NCBI GenBank assembly: GCA_965262715.1
Contig: OZ253553.1
Location: 1,280,001-1,344,000 of the forward strand
Reading direction: 5' to 3'
DNA: 64,000 nt
DNA from: Bdellovibrionales bacterium
Lineage (GTDB): Bacteria; Bdellovibrionota; Bdellovibrionia; Bdellovibrionales; JAUICD01
This document shows positions 11,111-21,524 of the stretch, in pieces. Positions within the stretch are counted from its first letter, which is position 1. Every line of letters begins with the position of its first letter. The notes beneath the pieces were generated by a model. That model worked only from the letters and a program-made list of their open reading frames with translations, did no database searches and had not been told where the DNA came from. The translations under genes were made by a program, and so were the position numbers.

Positions 11111-11562
11111 TAATTTCACAAATATTAGCTTTTTCACTTCACTTTTATATATATGATATGGTGACAAGAGCAAACTCTATTCAAGAACTAGAAAATAGAC
11201 TTCACTATATTTCTTTAAGCAAAAAATATAACCAAGAATGTTATAAAGAATGGCAAGCAAAAAAACTCCCTAAAAACTGTATTCTTTTAATTGAAATAGG
11301 CAGTCACTTTATCCATAGACCATCTCAAAAAATAAGATCCATCATAAGAAATTATTGCAAACAACCTCTTAACTTATCTTCTTTAACATATTCTACAAAA
11401 CAAAGTCTTACACAACAACCAACACATTTAGATAACACTCATCAAGTACTACAAAAATATATAAAAAAGTACCCAGAATGTGAATACCAATTAAGAGAAT
11501 ATCTTTTAGATGAACAATATAAGATAAAAAGAGATCAATTATATAGAAGCTCAAAATGGTAG
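11107..11562 (+). CDS. Hypothetical protein
   Basis: ATGA overlap with the previous stop. Confidence 0.65.
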   Translation: MIISQILAFSLHFYIYDMVTRANSIQELENRLHYISLSKKYNQECYKEWQAKKLPKNCILLIEIGSHFIHRPSQKIRSIIRNYCKQPLNLSSLTYSTKQSLTQQPTHLDNTHQVLQKYIKKYPECEYQLREYLLDEQYKIKRDQLYRSSKW

Positions 11563-11633
11563 CAGAGGAGGGACTCGAACCCCCGACACGTGGATTATGA
11601 TTCCACTGCTCTAACCACCTGAGCTACTCTGCC
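11557..11633 (-). tRNA. tRNA-Met (CAT), elongator-type
   Basis: GGCAGAGTAGCTCAGGTGGTTAGAGC...AATCATAAT...GGTTCGAGTCC...CTACCA cloverleaf with encoded CCA. Ile2 is not fully excluded. Confidence 0.93.
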
Positions 11634-11755
11634 GTATTCTTTTATATTAAACAATTTTTAAAATATCTTGCTAGATATATCAAGGAGTTCTTCATTCTTC
11701 ATCAATTATAACCTATAACACCCTATACCCTAACTACTTACAGCTTACCATAGAG

Positions 11756-12694
11756 TCACTTGCGATTTTTTAGATTTAATTGCATCAACTTTTCAATAGG
11801 GAACTTTGTGATAGCAAAACCAATGAGTAACAGAATGGTATAAAATAAAAAGTCATTTGAAAGAGGAGTGTGTTCATACCATGCGCCAATAAGCAATGCA
11901 ATAGCAGGAAAGATGATAAAAATAAAAGATAAAACAATAAGACTCATCTTCTTTATAAGAAAAAAGTAAACATTAGAACCTATCAAAGTGATACAGCTAA
12001 GATATATGAGTGCTAAAACAGAATTTTGTGAAAATCCAGCAAAACTTGGCTGTTCAAATATCAAACCTAAAATGGTCAAAATAGTTCCAGCAATGCCCAT
12101 TGGTAAAGCATGAAGAGTGAGCGTACTTACATTTGTACCAAGTTTTTTGATGAAAATATATATAAATGCCTGCATAATAGCTGATATAAGAAGCAAAATA
12201 ATACCTATCAAATTAGAGTAACCTAAATTTAAGTGCAACTTAATCACCATCATTAAACTTAAAAACCCAATGGCTATTCCTATGATTTGTGAAAAAAACA
12301 CCCGTTCCTTCAAAATCACTGATGAAAGTATCAAAGTAAAAACCGGCATTGTACTAAATAGTAGGGCCATCAAGCCAGATGATACATACTGCGCGCTGAA
12401 ATTTATCAACCAATAAGGAATTGTGAAGTAGAAGATTGTCATACATACAAAAAAAGAAAAAAGCTTTTTAGGAAACCAAATGCTCTCACCCCGTATCCAG
12501 ACAAGAGTCAAAAACATTGGAGAAGCTATAATAAACCGCAGGCCAGAAGACATAAGTGGTGGTATCGTTTCAACAACGATTTTAACACTAAGCCATGTGG
12601 TCGACCAAGCCAAACAAACAAATATAAAAAGAACAGCCAAAAAAGTATTAACAAACCAGATGGGTTTCTTATCATAAGATGATTCTTTTTGCAT
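11756..12694 (-). CDS. EamA/DMT family transporter
   Basis: WSTTW...PPL..GLRF pattern, about 10 TMs. Confidence 0.9.
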   Translation of the reverse strand: MQKESSYDKKPIWFVNTFLAVLFIFVCLAWSTTWLSVKIVVETIPPLMSSGLRFIIASPMFLTLVWIRGESIWFPKKLFSFFVCMTIFYFTIPYWLINFSAQYVSSGLMALLFSTMPVFTLILSSVILKERVFFSQIIGIAIGFLSLMMVIKLHLNLGYSNLIGIILLLISAIMQAFIYIFIKKLGTNVSTLTLHALPMGIAGTILTILGLIFEQPSFAGFSQNSVLALIYLSCITLIGSNVYFFLIKKMSLIVLSFIFIIFPAIALLIGAWYEHTPLSNDFLFYTILLLIGFAITKFPIEKLMQLNLKNRK

Positions 12695-12876
12695 AAGTGA
12701 CCTCTTTTATTGCAATTCAAGTCATGCATTTTTTGTATTTCGGATTTCTTTCTTTATTTGATAAAATTGCCTTACCGTCAACTCAACAGAATTAGGAGGC
12801 ATCTTAATATCATTTAGATCAAAGGTCGATGTATTCACTAAAGAACTTCATTATTGAGTTGATTTTTTGCAAGGCG

Positions 12877-13896
12877 TCAATCAGTTAATTCATCCCCAAA
12901 GCGACTTAGATAGTCTTGAAATGTAAAACTCTTTGCCTTGCGGAGACCACTATCTTCACTAAAATAATAGATATCTGGAAGATTAATTCCATTAAACATA
13001 TGAGCTTTGACGAAAGAATAGCTGCCAACATCTTTAAAAACCACCTTGGAACCTATTTTCAAAGGTTCTTTAAAATTCTGCATTCCAAAATGATCAAGTG
13101 TATACAAACAATTACAACCTACAAGGGCATATATATAATTCCCATCTTCTTTTAAAAGTTCTGGTATAATTTGAAATTCTAAAACTTCAGGTAAATGATT
13201 TACAGTGGTATCTAGTAAAGCCACATTTTGACCATCTCTTTTGAAAAGATCAATAACAGAAGTGACCAAATAACCTACTTGTTTTACCAAGGAAGCACCT
13301 GGTTCTATAAATATATTCTCAAAATTATTATATTTGTTTCTTATATAACTTATTAGCTTCGAAAAAACATCAATATTATCAGATTGGTCTAAATAATACC
13401 CTCCTCCAAGATTCAGCCATTTAAACTTTCTTAAACAATCTTTTAATACAGACTCAACTTTTATAAAAGTCTCCTCTAATTCACAAATATTTGAACTCAT
13501 ATGAGCATTGTGAATGTGAATGCCTGTGATCTTGCTAAAAAGCCCAGGGTTTTTATCCATAAAATATGAAAACTCATTTAAAGAAACTCCTGATTTAGGA
13601 GGCATATTATCAGATCCATAATTATAATGGAGAAATATCAATTCTAGATCTAAACGCATCCCATATTTAACATGAGATAAAAGCCTATTTTTAAAAAACG
13701 CTAACTGTTCAAGTGTATTGAAACTCATAAAGTTAATATATTGGTGCAGATCATCCCATTGATCCTCTCTGATACCAGGGCTGACATATAAAATATTTTT
13801 TTTAATATCTTGTCCTATATGAGAGCCTACCAAATTAGACATTTGAGTTTCAAAAAGAGAACTCACAGAAAAACCATTTATGAAAGGAAAAATTAT
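12877..13896 (-). pseudogene. 5'-truncated carboxynorspermidine decarboxylase-like (fold III PLP) gene
   Basis: WLNLGGG, EPG, AYSFVKAHMFNGINLP-type motifs. An in-frame TAA lies 10 codons before SSLFE, so the N-terminal segment that carries the PLP lysine is missing. Confidence 0.6.
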
Positions 13897-14070
13897 TTAA
13901 GACTATTCTTTCATATTATGTACTTATCTGCTTTTATAAAAAACAATTCATGTCTATTTGCGTTAGAGATTCTTAAATCATGGAACAATTAAAATATTAT
14001 TACTAGAAGCCATCTCAAAAATGCTACTAGAGATAACAGTTTTAGAAAAAATACCAATTTTGCATTATAT

Positions 14071-14095
14071 AAACTCACTCATCTGAAGTGAGTTT
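14071..14095. terminator. Hairpin at the 3' end of fic
   Basis: aaactcact-catctga-agtgagttt. Confidence 0.5.
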
Positions 14096-14837
14096 AACTT
14101 TTGCCTTGCGCTGCTTTTAGATAAATATCAAGGGAGCGATCTACAGCACTTATAATAATTTTTAAATAATCATCTTTTGACTTACCAAGCTGTGCCTTTT
14201 CCAAAGAATTAATATAAGCAAGCCTGTCTGCTTTGCGAATAATAGCTAGAGGATATCCTGTCATTAATAAAATCATATTCATTAATAATCTTGCTGTACG
14301 TCCATTACCATCAACAAAAGGATGAGTTGTCACAAGTTGATAATGCGCTTCTGATGCCAATTCAACAGGATGAAGATTATGAGAATGTTTAAGTGACTCT
14401 ATGAAGTCTTTCATTAAATCAGGTACTTTATGAGGATTTGGTAAGATAACTGATGAACCAGATATTCTCACAGGTATATTCCGATAACATCCACTATTTG
14501 TATCATCAATCCCTTTTAAAATAACACTTTGGATATGTAAAATATCTTTTTCATTTATGACTTGCGGTTTACGTGCAACTTGGTCTCTAACCCATCTTAG
14601 CGCATGAGCGTGATTAGTTGCTTCCAAATGCTCTCTAAGTGATTTGCCACTAGATGTGATTCCTTTTTCTATAACAAGCGCAGTCTCGTGGCGTGTAAGT
14701 GTATTTCCTTCAATGGCATTACTCGTATAAGTGAACTCTACACAAAACCAATCATCTAAATTGCGCACTAATACTTCTGGTAATGGTCCATAACTATCTA
14801 ACTGCTTTTTTTTCTTAGTCAGTTCATCATATATCAT
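14094..14837 (-). CDS. Fic domain protein (class II, autoinhibited type)
   Basis: HPFVDGNGRTAR and the N-terminal inhibitory motif SNAIEGN. Likely ATG at 14837. Confidence 0.92.
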   Translation of the reverse strand: MIYDELTKKKKQLDSYGPLPEVLVRNLDDWFCVEFTYTSNAIEGNTLTRHETALVIEKGITSSGKSLREHLEATNHAHALRWVRDQVARKPQVINEKDILHIQSVILKGIDDTNSGCYRNIPVRISGSSVILPNPHKVPDLMKDFIESLKHSHNLHPVELASEAHYQLVTTHPFVDGNGRTARLLMNMILLMTGYPLAIIRKADRLAYINSLEKAQLGKSKDDYLKIIISAVDRSLDIYLKAAQGKS

Positions 14838-14910
14838 ATAAAAAGTATATCCATTATGATTTTTAATTTGCAATTCATATTTTTTGGTAATGATCTTTCA
14901 CTTTATATGA

Positions 14911-14995
14911 TCTTGTTGCATAAAGTAAACATGTATAGGAGATTTATGGTAGGCATTTGATCTAGTTCTTATCCAGTGCCTTATGAGACACCTTT
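14911..14995. repeat. Truncated family C element with outer flank
   Basis: Near-identical to 52144-52227. Confidence 0.75.
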
Positions 14996-15050
14996 GTGTC
15001 ATTCATAAAATCAATTCTTATAAGAATTGTATCACTAGTGATGAGTGAAG

Positions 15051-15830
15051 TTATGCATCTTTTTCTCTAGTGAAAAATAAATATGCGCCAATACCACCTA
15101 TACTAAGAAGTAAAAGCATAAACATTTTCTTCATTCGTTTTTGCTTTGCAGTAGGCTCATCGGGCAGTTCTTCATCCGAATATAAATCAAGAGGAAAAGC
15201 CGATTGAATGGATCCTCCGACACCACCGCCTCCTCCTGCCAAATTGTACCCGCTAGGATCATCCAATAAACTATCAGGAGCCACGACTCGCAAAGATTTA
15301 ACAGCTCTATTAAAAGCTAGTTCATATTTTGTAAACAAGGACTGCCTAGAAGTAAAAGTCACTAATATGGCTACATTTTTTTTCGTTGTTGCTAAATAGC
15401 GTGTATAAAAATTAGGAACCTCAGAATTTTCATGCAAACTGTCAACCCATTGATGTTGATTGTATTTTTTCTCTTTAATATATACCTTCCTTGATAATAA
15501 AGGGTTCCCTTTAGGTCCCACTATTGACTTTGGACGACTAAGATATGTTGCGTATTCATCAATTGAATCTTGAACACCTACTTCCTTAGCAGTAAGGATA
15601 ATAACAGCTTCACTTTTAGATGACCCCTGCCCCTCACAAATCCACTCTGTTTGTTTTATATTACAATTCCACCGATCAGGTAATTCAAAGCTTACATAGC
15701 TATTACTCCATAACCTTGCAAAAGCTATTTGAGTAGAAAATAAACCCAAAAAGACGATGGAAAAAAATACACAACCTTGAAAATAACAAATCACTTTTTT
15801 TTCTAAGTTATTAAGATAAATTTTTAACAT
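15051..15830 (-). CDS. Exported hypothetical protein with C-terminal membrane anchor
   Basis: Signal peptide (AFA), Gly-rich linker, C-terminal TM. Confidence 0.8.
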   Translation of the reverse strand: MLKIYLNNLEKKVICYFQGCVFFSIVFLGLFSTQIAFARLWSNSYVSFELPDRWNCNIKQTEWICEGQGSSKSEAVIILTAKEVGVQDSIDEYATYLSRPKSIVGPKGNPLLSRKVYIKEKKYNQHQWVDSLHENSEVPNFYTRYLATTKKNVAILVTFTSRQSLFTKYELAFNRAVKSLRVVAPDSLLDDPSGYNLAGGGGGVGGSIQSAFPLDLYSDEELPDEPTAKQKRMKKMFMLLLLSIGGIGAYLFFTREKDA

Positions 15831-16072
15831 AGCCTTATCCTATCCTTCAAATTTTCTTAGGAGTTTTTTATTATTATGATGTATTTTATTATATCATATT
15901 TTCAATTATTTGGGATTATCTAAAGACCTTAATATTTTCTTTTCTTAATGAAAGCCAGCCTTTTGTTTAAATCTACCTTGAGATATAAACCAAAGACCAT
16001 TCATATAACTAGTAAACCCTTTTATAAAACTTTATTTTATACTTTTCATTAGATATATGATATAAATATCTT

Positions 16073-16966
16073 ATGAATTTCCAACAATTAAAAACCTTTT
16101 GTACTGTTTTGAATGAAAAAAGCATGACGGCCGCCGCTCAAAAACTCTTTCTGACTCAACCAGCTGTTAGCCAACAAATACGACATTTAGAAGAATCCAT
16201 TGGCGTAGACCTTTTTGTAAGAGGAGTTCGAAAGATAAAACCAACTTTTCAAGGCCAAATGCTCTATGAATATGCACAACGTATTTTAAATTTAGCAGAT
16301 CAAGCTGAATTGGCTATTCAAACGATGGGTAAAGGAATAAAGGGACCACTAAGAATAGGAACTCTCAACTCTATCGGCTTGCACACTATTGGGGCTACCT
16401 TTTCTATTTTTTTAAAGAGTAATAAGCAAGTTTGCCTGCAATTAACTTATGCTCCAGGTCATCAATTATTAGATATGCTCGAAAAAGGAGAGCTTGACCT
16501 AGCTATTTTACCAGATGCCTCAGACGAATACAAAAATGACCCAAAAGACTGTATCAAATCTTTCCTGACAAATACAGAAATGTATCTTGTGTCTTCCACT
16601 CAAGATACATCCTTGCCAGAAAGTATTCATTTAAAAGATATCAACTTAAGATCTCTTGTTATGATCTCAGGAGAATACCCTAAATTTGAAAACTTTATTT
16701 ACAAGGAGTTTAAAAGACAGGGAGTTATACCCAAAACTGTGTTTGAATCTTCAAATATAGGCACCTTGAAACGTGTTATAGAAACAGGCGTTGGTTGGGG
16801 ATTTCTCCCTTCTCATGCTATCAAAAAACAAGTCAAAATGGGACGACTTAAACGTATACTTATTAAGGACTTTCATTATAATATAAAACTCTTTTGCTAC
16901 TGCTCTAAAGTCAGAGCTAATGATAAAACAACAGAAGTATTCCTTAAAATCCTCACTGGTAAATAA
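16073..16966 (+). CDS. LysR family transcriptional regulator
   Basis: SMTAAAQKLFLTQPAVSQQIRHLE HTH. Confidence 0.95.
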   Translation: MNFQQLKTFCTVLNEKSMTAAAQKLFLTQPAVSQQIRHLEESIGVDLFVRGVRKIKPTFQGQMLYEYAQRILNLADQAELAIQTMGKGIKGPLRIGTLNSIGLHTIGATFSIFLKSNKQVCLQLTYAPGHQLLDMLEKGELDLAILPDASDEYKNDPKDCIKSFLTNTEMYLVSSTQDTSLPESIHLKDINLRSLVMISGEYPKFENFIYKEFKRQGVIPKTVFESSNIGTLKRVIETGVGWGFLPSHAIKKQVKMGRLKRILIKDFHYNIKLFCYCSKVRANDKTTEVFLKILTGK

Positions 16967-16986
16967 TCTAGATTCATTCATACATA

Positions 16987-17134
16987 CTGTTTCCCTAAAA
17001 ATAGACCAGCCTCTGGCTGTTTTTTGGCAATGATCACGACGACTAGTGTCCTCGTAAAATGATCATTGCCTAAAAAACCTGTCTATTTTTAGGAAGGAGA
17101 CTCCACTCATTGGTTAACACAATGTTAAGGAAAA
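16987..17134. repeat. Structured dispersed element, family B copy 2
   Basis: Homologous to 6739-6892 with compensatory stem changes. Confidence 0.8.
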
Positions 17135-17197
17135 TTTCCATTTACTACCTTCCCCTTCAAGGGGATGCTGACTACTCGATTGCCGGATCTACAAACA

Positions 17198-18892
17198 TCA
17201 CTTTCTAATATAATTGTAAAAAGCAAGTAGGCTTAGAAAAATAGCTGTTAGAAAACCAATACCACTTAACAGAGGTAATCCTAAAAACTTTTGAGGCATA
17301 TCAAAAAATAAAGCTAAGGATGAAGCTATAATAATGCCACTAATAATTAACCCTAAAAAGAATAACTTAGAAGAAATCTCAACGGAGCGTTTTAAGTTTT
17401 GCAATTCATAAATATCAACTTCAACAGGAAATTTGTAATTAGGTGACCCCACTTTTCTAAGCCACTGCCTTGTTTGCACAGGAACTTCACCTAAGAATTT
17501 TAAGGTATCTTGCGCAAAGTATTTAAAATCTGTAATTTGACCACTCATATCATATTTAGATTTAATAATATCTTCACTCATACCTGTTATCTCTGTCATC
17601 AAATCAAAATCACTGCTAACCCTTCGACCCATTCCATCTATTGTCATAATGGATTTAAAAAACATCACTAACTCTTCGTGAACTCGCAAGTGGTTTCTTG
17701 CTGATAAACTAACAGCTTTCATTAGAAGATGACCGCTATTGATATGCTTACTGCTCAATCCAAAATAAGGAGAAATCAAATCCCTTAATTGTCTTGCAAA
17801 TTGATCTGCATCTGTTTCCTTGCTATAAGGAGCCAGAGCTATAAATTCATAAGCTAAACGCTCATAATCCTCAGATGCTAAAACAATACAAATATTAGTA
17901 ATAGATTGTTTTGTGTGTTTATTTAATCTTCCAACCACACCAAAATCCACAATTCCGACCTTGTTATCAGGCAAGACAAAGATATTTCCAGCATGCAGGT
18001 CTCCATGAAAAAAAGAGTCACAAAAAACCATCTTAGAAAACATCTTTACACTTCTTTTTAAGAAAATACGAGGTTCAATACCTTCTTGTTGAAGAGAACT
18101 TTTATGGTTTAAAGGAAGACCTTTTAGTCTCTCCATAACAAGAATTTGCTCTCCAGATAAATCTAAGAAGACTTTTGGTATTTTTACTGTCAAATCATCT
18201 TTGAAGTTTTCCCGAAATTTTAAGATGTTGTTAGCCTCAATCATAAAATTAGTTTCTAATTGAATTGTTCTAAAAAACTCATCTACGATACCAGTAGGAT
18301 TATAAATGCGAGATTCAGGAACATATTTTTCAAGTAATAAAGCAAGAGTATAAAGCGCATTTAAATCTTTTGTAATATATTCTAAAATATCAGGACGTCT
18401 TACTTTCACCACAACTTCCTGATTGTTTTTTCTAAGTGTAGCACTATACACTTGAGACACACTTGCTGAGGCTATCGGCGTCTTATCAAAAGAGGTAAAA
18501 GTATCTTCTAATGATCCAAAGTGGTCTATAAGAGATGCTCTTACTTCCTCAAACTCTACAGGTTGAACTTGATTTTGCAGTTTTTTTAAATCTTCAGTCC
18601 ACTCATGGGGGATCAAATCAGGACGTGTAGATAACAATTGCCCTAACTTGACAAATGTTGGCCCTAGTTGCTCAAGGCTCATACGTATACGCTCTGATAC
18701 AGAGAGGTTAGAGAGGTTTTCTTGACGAAAAAACCGATTAAGAGATAGTCTACCTAAAATTTTACGACTTATATTGGAATGTTCAAGAATATCTTGAAAC
18801 CCATGCTTTGCAAAAACAACAATAATTTCTCTAATTCTAGCAGCGCTTTTTAGGTTTTTTGCTAGCCTTCTGCCGCTTTCTAAAATGCTCAC
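17198..18892 (-). CDS. ABC1/UbiB family atypical kinase
   Basis: LGPTFVKLGQLLSTRPDL, FFHGDLHAGN and DFGVVGRL motifs. Confidence 0.93.
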   Translation of the reverse strand: MSILESGRRLAKNLKSAARIREIIVVFAKHGFQDILEHSNISRKILGRLSLNRFFRQENLSNLSVSERIRMSLEQLGPTFVKLGQLLSTRPDLIPHEWTEDLKKLQNQVQPVEFEEVRASLIDHFGSLEDTFTSFDKTPIASASVSQVYSATLRKNNQEVVVKVRRPDILEYITKDLNALYTLALLLEKYVPESRIYNPTGIVDEFFRTIQLETNFMIEANNILKFRENFKDDLTVKIPKVFLDLSGEQILVMERLKGLPLNHKSSLQQEGIEPRIFLKRSVKMFSKMVFCDSFFHGDLHAGNIFVLPDNKVGIVDFGVVGRLNKHTKQSITNICIVLASEDYERLAYEFIALAPYSKETDADQFARQLRDLISPYFGLSSKHINSGHLLMKAVSLSARNHLRVHEELVMFFKSIMTIDGMGRRVSSDFDLMTEITGMSEDIIKSKYDMSGQITDFKYFAQDTLKFLGEVPVQTRQWLRKVGSPNYKFPVEVDIYELQNLKRSVEISSKLFFLGLIISGIIIASSLALFFDMPQKFLGLPLLSGIGFLTAIFLSLLAFYNYIRK

Positions 18893-20930
18893 GTTTTTTC
18901 TCCCCTGACATTAAAAACTTTGATGGAAGAACAAAATTGATCTTCCCAGAATCTACATTAACATTATCTATAACAATGTTGATCGAATCTCCTAAATAAT
19001 AAAAGTTATTGGTTTTACAGTTACGGAGATATAGATAATTATCATCAAAAACAAAAGAGCCTTTTTCTAAATCACTAAGTCTTAGTAAGCCATCTACATC
19101 AAATTCTGGTAATAAAATAAAAATACCAAACCGGGTAATAGATGTAATAACACCTTTAAATTCCTGACTAATAAGATTTTCCATTAAACGCGCCTTTTTA
19201 ATAGACATAATCTGCCTTTCTGCTTTTACAGAACGCTGTTCACAATTTGAAAGATGATTCCCAATAGAGTCAATAGCTGGATCATTTTTGCTATGACTTT
19301 GAGGTTGAAGACCAAGTTGACACTTTAGTTGACGATGAATGATAAGATCAGAGTATCTTCTAATCGGAGATGTAAAATGTGTATAATGAGTAAACCCTAA
19401 CCCAAAATGACCTATGTTTTTTGCTACATAACATGCCTGCTTCATGGCTCTTAAAACCATGATATTCAAAATAGGCTCATATTGTGTTGACTTAAACCTT
19501 TTCAAAATCTGATTGATTTGTTTGTTCATATTATTCTGACGGATATTTTCCTTATTGCCTAAATGTCTTAAAAAATGATTAAGAAAATCCATTTGCTCAT
19601 TACCAGGTTCTTCATGCACCCTGTAAAGCATTGGTATTTTATGCGCTCTTAAAAAATCTGCAACTGACAAGTTTGCTAAAAGCATCATCTCTTCAATAAT
19701 ACGATGAGAAAATAATCTTCTCACTCTTTCAACACCAACAGCATAACCTGCATCATCTATAGTCATCTGTGTTTCAAGCAAATCTAAATCCAATGATCTA
19801 GAAATCCTTCTAGATAAGAGGACCTCTGCAAGGTCCTTAGCATTAAAAAGCATCTGATTTATCTTTGAAAAATGACGATTTACAAATTGGCCGTCTAAAA
19901 TTGATTGAATCTCTTGATAAGTTGTCCTTGCAAATGTTTTGATCACAGCTTCATAAAACTCCGAAGATAAAAGTTCTCCCTTAGAGTTTAACTTTAAGTC
20001 TGCAACAAACGCTAATCTTTCTACATGAGGATTTAAAGAACATATTCCGTGACTTAATTTTTCTGGCAGCATTGGAACTACATAATTAGGAAGATATGTG
20101 CTATTGCCTCTCTGATACGCCTGCTTATCAATATATGTATGAGGCTTAACATAATAACTTACATCGGCTATAGCAATAAGAACATGAAATCCATCAGATG
20201 TCTTATCAACATAAATAGCATCATCAAAATCCTTTGCTGATTTGCCGTCAATAGTAATAAAAGGTAGTGATGTAAGGTCTTTTCGATTGTGCTTATCTTT
20301 GACCTCAACACAATCAGGTATTTGTAAAAGCTCTTTTTCCACTTGATAGTGAAATTCCTCTTCGATCTGATGTCTAAAAAGCACTTTTTTAATATCAGAG
20401 GAAGGATTGTCTTCAATAACTTGTACCACTTCTCCTATAAAATCTTGACCAGAGGAAGGGTACTGCAAAATTTTTACACACACTACTTGGTTATTCTGAG
20501 CATTAGAAGTTTTATTATGAGGTATTCTTAGATTTCCTCCCCAACTGTGATCTTGATCCACCAAATAGCCACTCTGATCTATTTGTTGAATAAACCGTCC
20601 CACTAAAAGTTTCTTATCACGTTTTAATACTTTAACGACTTCACCAAACCATCGCTTTTTTGTATTTGCTTCTTTGTCTTGATTTAAACCATTCTTAAGC
20701 TTTGCTTTACGAGACCTTTTTTTGAAACTCTGAGATCGACATCCAGTAACTCGAACCAAAACACAATCATTTGTCATAACACCTGATATATCTTCAATAA
20801 AAATATCAGGAATATGAGACATTTCAGGGATAAAAAAACCAAAACCATCAGGATGACGTTTTATAATCCCTTTAAAAGATTTTTGTATGAGCTTTTGAGC
20901 CTCAGATGAAGTTTGCAAACTAAAATTCAT
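18837..20930 (-). CDS. rnr: Ribonuclease R
   Basis: HPDGFGF, TIDGKSAKDFDDA, HFTSPIRRYSDL and a C-terminal S1 domain. Confidence 0.92.
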   Translation of the reverse strand: MNFSLQTSSEAQKLIQKSFKGIIKRHPDGFGFFIPEMSHIPDIFIEDISGVMTNDCVLVRVTGCRSQSFKKRSRKAKLKNGLNQDKEANTKKRWFGEVVKVLKRDKKLLVGRFIQQIDQSGYLVDQDHSWGGNLRIPHNKTSNAQNNQVVCVKILQYPSSGQDFIGEVVQVIEDNPSSDIKKVLFRHQIEEEFHYQVEKELLQIPDCVEVKDKHNRKDLTSLPFITIDGKSAKDFDDAIYVDKTSDGFHVLIAIADVSYYVKPHTYIDKQAYQRGNSTYLPNYVVPMLPEKLSHGICSLNPHVERLAFVADLKLNSKGELLSSEFYEAVIKTFARTTYQEIQSILDGQFVNRHFSKINQMLFNAKDLAEVLLSRRISRSLDLDLLETQMTIDDAGYAVGVERVRRLFSHRIIEEMMLLANLSVADFLRAHKIPMLYRVHEEPGNEQMDFLNHFLRHLGNKENIRQNNMNKQINQILKRFKSTQYEPILNIMVLRAMKQACYVAKNIGHFGLGFTHYTHFTSPIRRYSDLIIHRQLKCQLGLQPQSHSKNDPAIDSIGNHLSNCEQRSVKAERQIMSIKKARLMENLISQEFKGVITSITRFGIFILLPEFDVDGLLRLSDLEKGSFVFDDNYLYLRNCKTNNFYYLGDSINIVIDNVNVDSGKINFVLPSKFLMSGEKKREHFRKRQKASKKPKKRC

Positions 20931-21187
20931 ATTTTCTTACTTATAATAAATATTTTTGATTTGTATAACGACATAATCCTTACATTAAAAAATGACGAAG
21001 TTAATAAAGAAAGGAATTTAGAAACATTTTACTTTAACTTTATAAAATTACCTATAGCACAGTAAAATACAAAAAGTCAAAAAGTCACTTTATCCTTATA
21101 AATATAATATTTTGAACTCTAAAAGTTAAAAATCCTATCACTTGATCAAACTTTGGACAGATCATTTTTAAATTGCGCAAATTTATA

Positions 21188-21208
21188 TAAGCACTTGATT
21201 TTACAAGT
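21188..21208. promoter_or_regulatory. IHF-consensus site overlapping CTTGATTTTACAAG
   Basis: TAAGCACTTGATT matches YAANNNNTTGATW. Confidence 0.5.
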
Positions 21209-21451
21209 AAAAAATTATAATCTGCCTTTTTACTCTCAAATAAGTGACATCAATTGTCTATAAATAAAAGTCTGTATTCTTTATTTTCTCCAATTTATTG
21301 AAATCACACCATCAAAAAAAATAAAAACTGCTTGATTTATCCTAAAAACTAAAAAATATAACGATATTTTTTTATTTCCTATTTTTAAAAGTCCATATTT
21401 TATCAGTGATTGCTATGTCTTACAAATAACATCTCTCTTTGAGACTAAAAC

Positions 21452-21467
21452 TGGCATTTATTTTGCT
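21452..21467 (+). promoter_or_regulatory. Sigma-54 (-24/-12) promoter
   Basis: TGGCATTTATTTTGCT, ending 57 bp before the ATG at 21525. Confidence 0.75.
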
Positions 21468-21524
21468 CCTTAATAAAATACAAAGAAGTAAATATAACTT
21501 TTAACAAAACCGAGGGTCAAAAAC

